Positions 11,701-24,784 of a stretch of DNA of 64,000 bases are shown in pieces (positions within the stretch are counted from its first letter, which is position 1; each line of letters starts with the position of its first letter). The DNA comes from Raillietiella orientalis (Eukaryota). Both the position numbers and the translations under genes were made by a program. The notes beneath the pieces are model-generated. The model saw nothing but the letters and a program-made list of their open reading frames with translations, had not been told where the DNA came from and ran no database searches. Location: the NCBI GenBank assembly GCA_036172245.1, contig JAYWIR010000002.1, positions 5,518,001 through 5,582,000 of the forward strand. Reading direction: 5' to 3'.

Positions 11701-14700
11701 AGTACGCTGCGAATCCTTCGCAAGAGAAACCGGCGACGGCAGCAACCCCTCTGAGGTCAGCCGACCCGAACGTCTTCCTCCCCGAGCTATGAAACCGTGC
11801 AACCATTCCGACGAGTCTCTGTCCAACACGCGCGCGGAGAAAGGGAAATCCGCCTGCGCTACCAGCACAGCCTCCCTTCCTACCCTTCCGGTAAGTCGTC
11901 GGCTTGTCACGATGGACGCGAAACCAGGGCGGCGCTGCCTGCCTGCCTGCGTGAGCTCAGAGACACCGTCCAAGCACTCCACGAACCTTCCTGCCGCCAT
12001 TTTCATGGGAATCACAGCCATGTTGTTGTTTTTTTGTTTGCCACATTTATAAGAGCTACGCCTTTGGGACGCTTAGTCGATCCTGAATTGCCGGATATGG
12101 AAGAACGGCGCACGCTGACGGGCTGCTGATGGCGAGTGGCTGCTACCGCCTCACTATTGCTTGCCATCAACCACCAGGGAAACCATCCACCATTGCAAAG
12201 GACTGAGAGCATCATCTGCCTTCGACATGGAACATTCGTTTCCGCAGCCTTAGATTTAAAAAAAAAAAAACCTGATCCCATTTTTTCAGAGTTTGAAAGG
12301 TTCCAGAAGTCCGTTTACAAACTCCAAAGAATGGGGGCAAACTCCCTTGATCTCCTGGAAAGCGATTCCAAGTCGACAGGACGAGTCTACGGATATTCGA
12401 GGAGAAATCTTCGTCGGCACCGAGTGCAAACACCCAAACTGATCGCCGTCAAGCTTTCCGTCGCCAAGGAAACGTGTTGGTTCCAGGCAACTCGAGCCCA
12501 AACCCGGCTCCTCCAAGAGAAGAAACCGAGAAATTCCGAATAAGTTTTGAAACGAGGTGGTTACGTAATCCCGATCGCTCCCCGATAACTCTCCGACGTC
12601 GTGTGGCGCGCAGGAATTCTTATCGAACGTCTATCCTGGCGGCGACCAAATTATCAGGGTAAATCGGAACACCGTGCTGGATCTGCGTCACTTCGTGCGA
12701 CGTCGAGCTGCCCTGAGGGAGGGCCGACCCAGGGCAGCTGCGGGAGGATTACTCTGAAAATTCCAACCCATTCCAACCCGTTTCCGGGTTGCGGAACACG
12801 TCCTGAAGGGAAGAGGAAATCGAGATCTGCGTGAATTTTTCCAGAGCCCGCACGCAATAAAAACGTCCGCACGGTGTAGCGTTTTAAGCGCGCATTTCCT
12901 CCGCGCGCGCTACCCACCGCACGTGAAAGAACGAACAACGCGCTCCCTGTTCATCCAGTGGCGAACCGCGCCAAAAATTCCCTGCCGACCCGACAGGCCA
13001 AACGTTCCAGATCACGGGTATGCAACTGCACTTCTTTGGCTGTACTTCTTGAGGCCATTCGTGAACGTCTCGTTTCTTCCTTCTTTGCTTCCCTCAACAA
13101 CGCTGCTGCTGTATTTGGGAGAAAGAAGCGGGGGGGGGGGACATAAGGAAACGCAAGCCAGCACGGTGCATGCAAAACACTCGACGAGGAAGAAAAGGAT
13201 GCTGCGAAGAAACAACATGGCAGATAAACAGCACCAAACTCAAACATGCTCGCAGTAGCTGAAGAACAAAGGAGAATCCGTTGCAAACAGATGGTTTTCC
13301 TGCGCGTGGATGCGTTTCCCCGTCACAAACGCACAGTGACGAGGGAAGTGGGACCCTTCCAATAGGACGGGAGGAAGAAAAAAAAACTTCCCCAAAGAAT
13401 GCTGGCATGAAATACACGCTGATTTACAGGTGAATGAGGCGAGCGATGATTTATGGTGCTGCGGCTTGAGAGAAGAAGGCCTCAGCGACAAGACGCATCC
13501 ACCCCGACCTCTGCACACGTCCGGCTCCGATCGGACGCCGCGGTCTTCACGAAGGTTCCTGTCTCCGGAAATCGGGACGGTCAACCGCGTACCGAAACAC
13601 CGGTTGCCTCGTGAACACTGTAAATCTCGAAGGTCGATAAGGTAAGTGCCGAAGCAGTAGACGAGCGAACCAGTGCCCAGTGACGACGCTCCCTTTGAAG
13701 ATGAGGCAGCACCGTTCGCATCAGATTGGCTGTTTACTCTTCGACTTGATGGAGGATCTTGCTGCGGAAACGACTGGAATGGTCGATTCCCCCTTCAAAA
13801 TGGCTGCAGATCGGATCGTAACGGGAAACGTGGTGCGCTCAAAGTTTGCTTTCCAGGGATCGCCAGAGCTTGTGAGTTGAATGTCGCACGATTGCGCGAC
13901 CCTTTGAAGACGAACATCCTCCGAACCGCTCTCATCCGTGGGTCTCGCGTCACACAACAGCATGGACGCAACGATCATGCACATCTCCCGATCCCATTTC
14001 GCAGGCCGCTGAGCCTCCGAGATAAGCCGAAGCGGGGCGATACCAAGTGGCAGCTTCCCGGTGAACACGAAGGACCAATCACATCACACGCCCCCGACCG
14101 GGAATCCAACCCTCCTCGCCGCAATCTTAGTTGAGGTTCAGTTCCTCTCTTTCTACCGACTGGAAAGCGATGGCACGTCCACCAACCCTGCTGAACCTGA
14201 TTCTTCGCGAGCGACCCACAAGAAACGAGCAGGATGCATCCAGGGAAAATGGGGGAGCAGCAAGGAACGAGGTCTGGGCGGCTGGAACTTGAACTCGTCC
14301 ACAAGACATCAGTTCATAACCAGCTGGTCATCTGAATCACGCCTGACTGCCACACAACTATATAGCAGACCGTACACAAGCAGGCACGCGGCAAGAACTC
14401 AGCTTCCATCTTGGGAATCGGAAAAAAAGGAAGGAAACAAAAACACACACACACACATTGGAGCGTGCGGCGTCGTACGCGCACGCCGCTCGTTCTTTGG
14501 TGCGTCGCAGCGCGTGGAGGTGAGCTCACAACGCTACACCGTGCTACAACACGCATTCCTGGTTGCGTCACAGCGAATCCCACAAGCGGGTTGCTGAAGA
14601 CCCATTTCCTGCTTCGCACGTCGTGATGCTCGGCTTGGAATGAAGAAGAACGAGACCGGAAGGTGAGATGCGGAACCTTGCGTGTGCTATTCGAGATCCT

Positions 14701-17054
14701 CTTTCACTCACGCAGATTTGCATGGTGCTCACAAAGCACGCAGCGCATCACAAAGGTGCAGACGGAGATGATGGTGCGTGAACGAATCCGAGAGAACCCA
14801 ATCAAAACCTAAGCAAGAGTTGCTTCCTCCTCCTCCATGTTCAGCGACCGCTTTCACGTTTTCAGCCACAACTCCACTCCACTAGGGCGAGACAACCAAC
14901 CACCAAGACCGCACGCTTCCTTGGTCCACCTGCTACCAAACCGATCCTCAGCGCGCAACAAAGAGGCTCTCGGACCAAAAAATAAGAGACCGGTCGTCTC
15001 CTGGACCAAAACCAGCCGTTTTGCACACCCTACTGTACCACCGACTCCCTGCTCCGGCCCGCGGAAATTACGAGTGAACGAGCGATTGACCTTCACTACG
15101 GACGGGCTGCTTGCACCATCCTCCATCTTGAACCGGAAAAGCCTTCTCGCGACTTCTGTCTCCTGAGAGATGGCTCCGGAGCTTTTCCATTCACGTGCGG
15201 ACCCCTCCCAAGCAAAACTCCGAGCTTCCAGGGTTCGATCGTACCGCGTGTACGATGATGTACAGTACAGCGACGAGAGCGCTGCGAACAACAAACGAAC
15301 GAGCGGCGGATGACAACAAGGAGAGCTTCCGAGGTGACCAGTGGAAAGGATTGGCCCCAGAAGTTCGTAACAGGCGCTTCCCGCGGTCAGCGTGCACGGC
15401 CGGGAACACAAAAGAGGCAGCCAACGGCATTCGCGCTGCCACCATCATCCCGCACAGTTTGCCGTCGCTGCAAAGCAACGACGCCAGGCTTAAAGACGGA
15501 ACAGGTCGGACCCATTAAAACAAATCCACTGGCGGTAGGGAACGGGAAAACCAAGGGGAAAGCCACCTGGCTGAAAATTCTCCGGAGGGACTTCTGGTAC
15601 GCGAAAAAACGAAATCGAAGAACCGAGGGACGGCGACGCAGCCAAACGACAGAGGCGATTCGCCGCCGCCTCGTCCACATGAGGGGGGTGATGGCCACGC
15701 CCCCCTTCCCCTCTCTTTCACACGACAGCGATGGTAACTTGCAGCACAAGTCGCCAGCGTTAACGACACAGGTCGTTGCTCTGAAAGCAACGCCGCCATG
15801 GAAACTGCCCTAATGAAACGGACGAATCGTCGTCGTAAAACTCGCAGAAGCCTTGCTTTCGTTGGTGGTGAGGCAATGACTTGATGCCCGGGGCGGTAAT
15901 TGCTTAATCGGCAAAATTCCGCTTATCTCCACTGCATTGGCATGCAGCCATCGGAAGCAGCTAATTAACGCGATCAATATGCCATGATGCTGATGAACGA
16001 CCCCCTCGCCTCCTTGATTGTGTCGCCAGATACCTCAGCAGCCCGAGGAAGCCAATTACTCTTGACCCGAGTTTATCCGCCGTTCGGTGGTCATCTGCTA
16101 CGCTTCGAGAGGTGCGCGCTTCCCTCACCTCCGAAAATCTCCCAAACCTTCGAAAGAGCGAAGCTGTGGTCCATGTGGCCAAGCGTTAAGGACGAAGGAG
16201 GGATCGCCTGGAGGAAAGGCTCCGACGAAATCATTCCGCCCAAGAATGAAGGATTCTCGGGAATAGAAAGGAAGCGTTAGCGACCTTCCGCGCGCTGCGG
16301 CTCGGCCGGACTGTCTTCTTTCCTCAACTTTGAAAGACCACCGGAAAAGCGAGCGCGCAAACCACTCAGGAGGTTTGGAACTGCCTCGCGGGGGGCAGAA
16401 CTTCCTCCGTTCTTTGGAATCCTGGACCTCTGAAGTCCTGATCGCGAATTTCGGGAGCAAACAGGGGGGAAGGAGAAACGAACGGGAGGAGCTGACTGTT
16501 CCGATTTTTAACTGTCAGACCGTTCGTGATGGTGCTGAACCGCGAAGCCCGACACGCTGCACCTCTTGCTGCCGCCTGATTGAAGATCCGAAATGACCTG
16601 CGTGTCGGCACGGTAGGTCTCCAAAGATCCCTCCCTACCACGTGCGCACCCGGGCGGAGAGGTCAAGAAATTTTTTCCAATTGCACGTGAAGCTCTCGAA
16701 TGACTATGGAATTCAAGAGTGGTAGAGGGCGGGGTGCTTTCCGGCCGTGGTTTGAGCGCGGCAGCTGGAAACCTCCCTCGAGTCTTCGACGGATTTCAAG
16801 CCAAAGTCCAGAGCGGGGAGGAGGGGGGAAGCGACCACGCTGCAAAGGATCCCTTTAGGACGCTGCAGTCGGGAAGTGAACGCAGTAAATATGAAAAAGA
16901 TTCCACGGAAACATCGCAACTGTGAGCATAACCCTCCCTTTCCCCAATCTACAGGTCAGTAAGAAAAGGGAAGACCCGAGTTAGGGGGGCAACACTCGTG
17001 AAGGGAATCGCTGCGTGAACAGGCAGAAGAAAAGTCGTTGGTGTCGGGGCGGAC

Positions 17055-17349
17055 AACGGACTGAGGAAACGATTCTTGCCTTCGTTGATGCAGAAGCAAC
17101 GATGAGTCTCGTACGGTGTCGACTAGTCGCACCGAAAGGAACTTCGTGCCTTGGAAACTCTGGGATGGGGCTTTTAGGGCTGCCAGATACGTGAGAAACC
17201 CCCGATCAGCTTTCAAATGAAGCAAACAGCGGTGATGTTTGGGATGACCTTTGAGAACGGAGGCGCGTAAGCAGAGCGTACCTTTGGAAGTCAGCTGGGC
17301 ACCTTTTCTTGACTGCAACCGACTGCAAGAATCGTTTCCTCGGTCCGTT
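17055..17349. repeat. 295-bp segment bounded by 25-bp inverted repeats (MITE-like or long-range RNA pairing)
   Basis: AACGGACTGAGGAAACGATTCTTGC (17055-17079) versus GCAAGAATCGTTTCCTCGGTCCGTT (17325-17349): 24/25 reverse-complementary. No clear target-site duplication. Confidence 0.75.
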
Positions 17350-20300
17350 CAGGGGTCTCATTCAAGGAAGACAAGTCCGACGATTTCATAAATTAACTTA
17401 GTGACCGAGTAAGTCTTGAGCGGTCACGTTGCCGCTGAGGAAGTCCTCCAGAGCTGCAGAGCACTCGGAAACGAAGATCGGCCCTCCCTTGGCGTAGCGA
17501 GGCTCAAAATCTATGACTCGCAGTTTCGACCGAGAGAGAGCCACGGGAACGGAAGACTGGAGACCCAGAAAGGTGGAAGGGGAGAAACGAGAGCACGGCT
17601 GGGTGGTGGATAAGACGGAATCGGTTCAGCTTCACGATGGGCACAGATGCCGAGGCTTTGGAGAACGAAACGCCGACTTCGCTAAGTCAGCCGTTATGTA
17701 GAAACAGTTATGCAACCACCGTTTATGTAAAAACCCCGAAATTCAAGACGAAATGTTTGGAATGCCTGCTAGGTCCACACACTCATGCCAAGTAGTTTTT
17801 CACCTTCTAAAACAGGGAGATGAGGGGAGGGGATTTCGATTTTAGAAGCCGTCGAAGCCCCACACGGCTGCGTTGCGTGGCGTCCAGAATTACTCAATCA
17901 TCATGCCGTCTACTTTTGCTCCCGTATTCCACTAAGACGGAGGAAAGACGGACAAAGAGTCCCTCATACCGGTTGTCATGCAACCGAAGGAATCCAAGAA
18001 GTGCTGCTACCACGGTGCGACTTGATGCCCTCGATGCTTTTTTAAAAAAAACAAAAAGGAAAATGAAAGAGAATGCTTCGAATTGAGATCTGATGCAGCA
18101 GCCTCTTGCAGTTCCCATTCGTTTACTACTCTCGAGAAGCCGAAACGCCGGGCAGCTTGAAGGGCAGCCGGGCATCCTTGTCCAAGTAGGGAAGCTTTCA
18201 CAGGATATACGGGAACCATTCCCGGTCCAGACTTTTCGAGAACCATAGCCACCGAGATGACCGCCCTCCCGACGTGCTGTTGCTGCCAAGGCAGCCGAAT
18301 CCAAGAAGGACGAAGGGCGGACGAGTAGGGAAGGCGTCGCAACGCATGTCTGCAGCGAGGATGCCGAGTCCCCGCTGCGTGCATCTGCACTGCGATCTTC
18401 AATGATCCAGACAATGGTACTCGATGATGGTGATCGACAGTGCCAAGAACAGGCCCGAAGGCAGGCAATTTCGAATGCCAGACGCATCCGAAAGGCTCCC
18501 TCGAGATGAAATCGTAACAGATTCACCTCCGTGTGCAGAGGGTCGGAATGAACGCACGGAAGCATCCGCTGCGACCATCCCGGCCCAAACCGGAAAAGCA
18601 CCGCGATGCGTCCTCCAAGTTGCACGGCCGTAGCTGCACGGGTATCGGTGTTTTCCTGGGTGTTAAAGTCCAAGAGATGCGGCAGGGAAGAGGGCAGGGG
18701 GGGGGGGTGCCACCCGGGTACGCCCGGGGCGAGGGCAGCGGGGGGGGGGGAGGTACGCGGTTCGGGAGATCCAACGCACGGGTTTTGCGTTTATCCTGGT
18801 GCCCTCCACCGTTCGATCAGGGGATGACTTCGGAAGAAATGAAATCATTATGCGATCCATGAGCAGAAATTTCAGCCGTCAGGGGAGCAATCCTTTCCTT
18901 CTTTTTCATTGCCCCCATCCCAAAGGGAAATTCGGAATGTGCTTCGTTTGCAACCCGAGCTGCATGGGTTGAAATCCCTAATTTTCATTCGACCGCATCC
19001 CGACTGGCCGGAGCTGCTGGAACAGTGGTGCCCTTCCCATTTTCTCGCCCGGGAGCATCCGCGCATCCCTTTGAACGGAACTCCAGTGCGTCCTCGTGCC
19101 CTCGTGGACCTTTGCATTCCTCGCAATCGCTTCCTGCTTGATGGGTGACGAAATACAGGAATCGTCCTTGTCAGTAGGGTTGACATCGCCCCGATTGCAA
19201 CTCCGAGGCGCGGTTCGACCTTCATCGGTTTCGTTTCGCAAGAAATTCAAATGTTTTCTTGCAATGTGACCAGCTCGAGTCACTGGCTCGTGTCCTCTCC
19301 CCCCCCCCCCTTCGCCCGCCCCACTCGAATTTTCCGCAGCTCAAAACGCAACTGCATCTACGAGTTGCTGCCAGAACGCGCTCGGCATTCTGGACCAATC
19401 CGCGCGTCGGCAACGGACTTTCCGATAGCTTGAGGGAGAGAGACTGCAAGGGGGAAAAGGGGTAGAAGCGTGGGAGGAGGGGGAGAACTGTCCTGCAGAC
19501 ATTTCAAACCGCAAACGCCCGGCGGCACACAAACAGGAAGTGCTGAAAACCCGCCACAAATCAAAGCTCACCGTCGTCCTTCACCGTTCTTCGAGTGTCG
19601 TGCACCAAAAGTGCATCCCACTTTTATCCTTTATGCAGTTTACAGGAGGAACGTTTTCTTGCCCTTGTCGTTTATTTATACTTTTCCTCCTTCCTCAAAG
19701 TTTCCCATGAGTGCTCTTCGTTTATCGGGAAAATCGTTTTGCGATACCCAACCTTGAAAAACACTGATAAAATTACAAATTGCTCCCTCCTGGATGAAGG
19801 AGCGCGCTGCAAAAGGGCAGATCCCGGTGATCCAACGTGACTGAATTCATCCATGGATGCCACTCCGGACGGATGTTCTCCTCATAGAATCTCTCGAGAC
19901 CGCACAAAAGCGCCGCAAAGCGGCTTCATCGCGAATCTTCCGACCCTGGAGACGGAAAATTCGCGATGCAGGAAACTCTCACCGTCCATCGGAACGACCA
20001 CCACTGACAACCACTATTGCCGGAGAGATTGTTTCCAGGTCGGACTCTTCAAAAGGAACCCCAAAGGTAAACAAAAAAACAAAAAAAAAGCTGCAGCTTT
20101 CCGCAGCATCTACGAATCGGCTGAGCTCTCCGACAACCGAATCGCGCGCGATGGCGCCATGGGAAAAGGCGCTGCCAGTCGGGGATTATTCGGCTGCGAC
20201 CACGAATCGCCCCCCCCCCCCCGCCCGCTCTCTTCGCTGGCTACGCCGAACCCCTCGAAACCATGGACCACCAGTTCGTTCTTTTGCGCGTCGACGTCGC

Positions 20301-20980
20301 ATCGGACACACGGCGGCACGCCAGAGTCACACGAAGCACGCGCGATGTGGGTGGAAGAGAGCTTACCTCCAGTTGCAGTCCGAATATCCCTCTGCTGTTA
20401 TCTATATTTCTTGCTTTGAAGTCGTCTGTCAAAACGGGCTGAGAAGAGTCGGGTTCTGGAACATCAGGAAAAGTGTACTGCGTCGCATTCGTACAAGTAC
20501 TTTGTAATACCTTCTATTTCGCTTTACTTTTTTGCCACACGAAACGCATACGGCGTTCCTTTCGAAAGGATTGGAAACACTCTTGGCGCTCGAGGGAGCG
20601 AAACCACGCGTTGCCTCCCGTTGCTGAGTGGCGCGGAAAATGCTGATCCGAGCATTCGGCTCTCGACCGGGAGATCGCCAGCGCCCAGCGCGGAATGGCG
20701 GCCCATCGAGTGACGGATGCTTTGCTTTCACAAGGGTGTTTCTCCTTTTGCCTTCGCGACGGGTGTTTTTGTCTCTCGGAGTGAAGGTTAACCACCACCT
20801 CTGCGAGGGTGCAGCTCCTCGGAGCCGCCGGCTGCTACGGCGTGTGCAGGAAGAACAAATGCCCTTCCCCCGCACCCGGAGCGGCCTAGCATGTTGTTGT
20901 CCCCCACGGCTCGAGACAAATGACGAACGCCGGGATCAGATTTCTTGAATTTTTCACGCGTGCTTCCGTTGGCCCTTGGA

Positions 20981-20983
<3 letters not shown>

Positions 20984-21018
<35 letters not shown>
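20984..21018. repeat. Poly(T) tract, 35 nt
   Basis: Read directly. Confidence 0.9.
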
Positions 21019-21022
<4 letters not shown>

Positions 21023-24000
21023 AAAATGTGAAGCAACAGATTTATGCCTGCCGTTTGCATGAATGAATCTGCAAGGAAAAGTGCAGGACCGAAACGGCGC
21101 TGGAAGAGAACAGCTCGCGCGTCGCTCGGAAGTCACATCCGCGCGCGCGCGCACCGAAAACGCAGGGGCACCCCCGAAGGCGAACCTTCGCGCAGGAACG
21201 AAGGGAGACGCGCGAACGCAGACAGGGGGGGGGGAGGAAGGGGGAGAAAAAAGCCCCACATCACAAGGAAGAAACCGCGAAAAGTGCGCGGATGCGAAAT
21301 GCGGAAGAAAACAACAGGGATAGCCAGGCAGCCGCCTTCCTCTTTCTGTACTGTACGTCCGTCGCAATACGGAAGGCACGGAGCGAACGGGAGAAAAAAA
21401 AAAAAAAAAAAGCCACTTGCAAATTTTTTTACAGACAAAGGATTTCGGGAAAGCGCCTTATCCGTCACAGGGGACTCACTCAAGTGTGTCCGACTTTCCG
21501 ACTTGTCTCGTGCTGTACGAGAGGTATACGAGCCGCCCGTCATTCGCAGTTTATTTCCGCAGCCCCTTCCGATCCGAACGAATTTGCCCCCCCCCCCCTC
21601 CCTCCCTCTCCCCCCCAATTCTACGGATTCCCCCACCTCGCGTTCTCATCTTGAGCTGCCTGTACGAGCAGTCTTGAGCGCTCGTGCGCACCCGTCCACT
21701 CGTTTCAAACGGGGAAAAGCTTCAGCAGCAGCGTCTTGCAGGCAGTTACGAGCACACGTGTACACGGCAGAAAAGCGCGCGTGAGCGTACACGTACAGAT
21801 GTTACTCATCACCAGCCTTGAATCGGGTTTGCGATGAAAGGCCGTTCTTCTCCGGCAACAGCGGAAGACGTCCTTCCCGCTTCCGCTCCGCGGACGGAAA
21901 GAAGGCGCGCACCTCTTGTAGGTGGCTTATGGGTCCGGAGACGGGCCCCACGACGGGGGAAATCGCCCGCGCACGCGACTTCGAAGTCGATAACGCCAAA
22001 TTGCCAGGTAGCAATCCCACAATGCAGAAAAACAGACATTTCGCCCCGAGGGACCAAGGGATCCCCGCGAAAACATCTTGAGAGTGCAGCAGGCACGGCC
22101 TCTCGCAGGTTCCGAAAGAAACCTCTGCCGATACACGTGATGCTGCTCGGGAGATCAAAGATGCGCGCGCGCAAGCAGGTGATCTTGCGTCACCAGGCGA
22201 GTGCACCGTGGTGTTTGTATGCAGAAGGAGTCGGAAGAAGCCCGCTCGCAGATCTTTCACTCTCGGGAGGAAGATGGATTTCCCTCCGCCAGCGCCTCTA
22301 AGAAAAACGGCTATTTATAGCGTCGGTGAAATGTCTTTCTTCCGTCTTCCTGGATTGGTCAAGTCCGCAGTCGGAAACGAAAGTCCTACGAGATCGCAGG
22401 CGAGAAATGGAGCGTTCTCGTTCGGTCCGAGCGGGCGAAATCGGACCAGGCGAGGAGGTCCAGCCGCAGGAGGAGCAGCGCGCGCGACGTCGGAGGCCGG
22501 CGATCGGGGGAGCGGCCAGGGGAGACATCGACTTCGGCCCGGGGCGCCCCTCCACCACCACGCGCGTTCGCGCAGCTTCCCAGACTCTGCACGAACTGCG
22601 CCAGGTTTCCTCCGAAACCCATATCTGTTTACTCATTTGTTTGTTCCCCTTCCCAGTACCCCGGGAGCTCGCGGTTGCATCGGGACGTCCGCCGCTCCTC
22701 GAAATCCGGCGCGAAACCGCGGCGTGAGAAGCACGTTTTTCGAACACCCGCCGGTGCCGCTTCACCATTCGCCCCCGACCCCCCGCCGCGCAACGCCCTC
22801 CCTCCCTCCCCCTTTATCCCACAGAGATTGTCCACAGCGATTTCGTCCTCCTGCCGGCGGCGCGCTCAAACGGCGACAAAAGGGTTCTCCTTCTCCTGTC
22901 CAAAGGGAACCCCCTCCGCGGTGTGCATATATACTCACTGATGTGTTGCAGCGAGGCGACTCGAAGCACCGTGTGGATGTCCGTTTCCGTGGTGTGGTCA
23001 TTCGGCTTCCATTTGTGCTTCATGCCAGAGACTCTGCGAACGCATCGGGGCACGCAGTCGCCACTGCACGCATTACACGGCAGTGTCACGTCACCGCCAG
23101 AGCTCGATAAACACTAAAACCAACAGGCCGGCGCTGCCGGTAGACGAACGCTCGTTTTTAATCTGCTTCGGAGCGGAAGTTAGCGATAAAGAACGGTGTT
23201 TATGGAAGAGAAAGGGCCGGCGAGTGCAGCAGGACCGGCTTGCTGCGTTCGGTCCGCCCCGTAAGAGACGAATGGTCACTTAACGACGCTCTCCGGAGCA
23301 GACCGTGTTTTCTGAATGAAAACAGCCATCCTCTCCCGACGCCTTCCTTCAATGCGGAGATGATTCGCGAAGAGATTAATTAACGAGCCGGTCCACTCCG
23401 CAGGCTTCGTGGATCTGCACGGCCGGGCCGAACCAGGGAACGAAGTAGTCCGGTCGCTTCCCGGGAGCCGGAAGAAAAAAAAAAAGAGAAACACCGACGG
23501 GAGCCGCGGCGACGGGTCCGAGCTTCTGGGAGCTCGCCGCCTGTCATCGCTGAATCTGACGCGCATCCGGTGGATGCCAAAGACGCACCGCATTTTTGCT
23601 AAGCATCGCCTCTTCCGAGGGCGCAGGCAGAAACCGTCCGGACTCCGAACCACCGCAGTTCGCTCCCGAGACCGGAAGAAGGAAATTGAATTTCCTGCCT
23701 CGCACGCGGACCGCTCTCCCTCGACCCATTCATCTCCGGCGGGAAACCACACGCAGCCTGCCAAAGACTCCGTTTCTTAAAAGCGACGCGTTCCCCTGCT
23801 GCTCGCAAGGGGAGCATCCCGCTGCTGCTGCAACACGTGCTACCGGTCCCAAGACGTTTCCCTCCCCTTTTCCCCTCCTCCGTTCTTCTTTGGAAACCTA
23901 TTAATGGGATAGTGCTGCCTGTTGACAATGCGAAACGACATCTTCGGCCTATTCAATCGGCCCAGCCTTTGATTTCCACTTCTGACTGAATCGGACCCGT

Positions 24001-24745
24001 GGTTCGTGAATCTCTTTCTTCTGGAGGCAACTGGACCTTGAGAAACATAATGTGGATTTTTTTTTTTTTTTTTAAACGAAAAAGAAAAAAGGCAGTTTCG
24101 AGGGGATTCTGGTGTCGTGCCATTCGCATGGCTGAAGGATCCTTTCCAGAAGTCGCAGGGAAGATGTGTTCGCTACAAACTGGGCTGTCAATTTCAGGAG
24201 AAAGCTAAAACCATTTTAGAATTTTTTAAAATTTAGAAAAAAAGAGGAATTACCAACTGTTCTAGAGTTGCGTGCCTCGTGTTCAGTGTACATAAAAACG
24301 TGGACGTAGGCACACACTTTAATGGAATGCAATCGAACGATTATGAGGTTTTTGCTTTCTTGCTTCCCCCCCCCCCCCCTAAAAAGAAGGATTTTGGGTC
24401 ACTGATTCGTTGAGAACACGTCGGATTGTATCTCACGTTTTTCTTTCGAAAGTCTGCGCTCCTCAGGGGGAGAATCGTCAGCTCGGCTCCAGCCACGTAC
24501 GCTGCATGCAAAAAGTCTTCGCTGCTTTCTTTAGCCGATTCGCGCGCGAATCCCCGTCACGAAGAACACTCCAGGAAGTCGCTGGCCATCCTGCCCCAGC
24601 AAAAGGGAGGTAGGTGGTCACAGCCACACAGATATTCACACAGTACCCACGCGGAAATAACTAATTAATACCATAATTACTAACGTCCCGTCTGCTCGCA
24701 CAGCCGTTGAAACTGCCATCGAAGCGAACCGTCCTTCCAGTTCCC

Positions 24746-24784
24746 ACCGGGGTACGCCGGGGCGTTTATTTGAATAGAAATAAA
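24746..24784 (+). repeat. Dispersed hairpin motif, copy 1 (CCGG-N-GCCGGGGCRTTTATTT)
   Basis: ACCGGGGTACGCCGGGGCGTTTATTTGAATAGAAATAAA; related copies at 56213 (+) and 61112 (-). Confidence 0.6.

Noticed and set aside
17766..17786. Sequence resembling miR-279
   Set aside because: Seed mismatch and no precursor hairpin.
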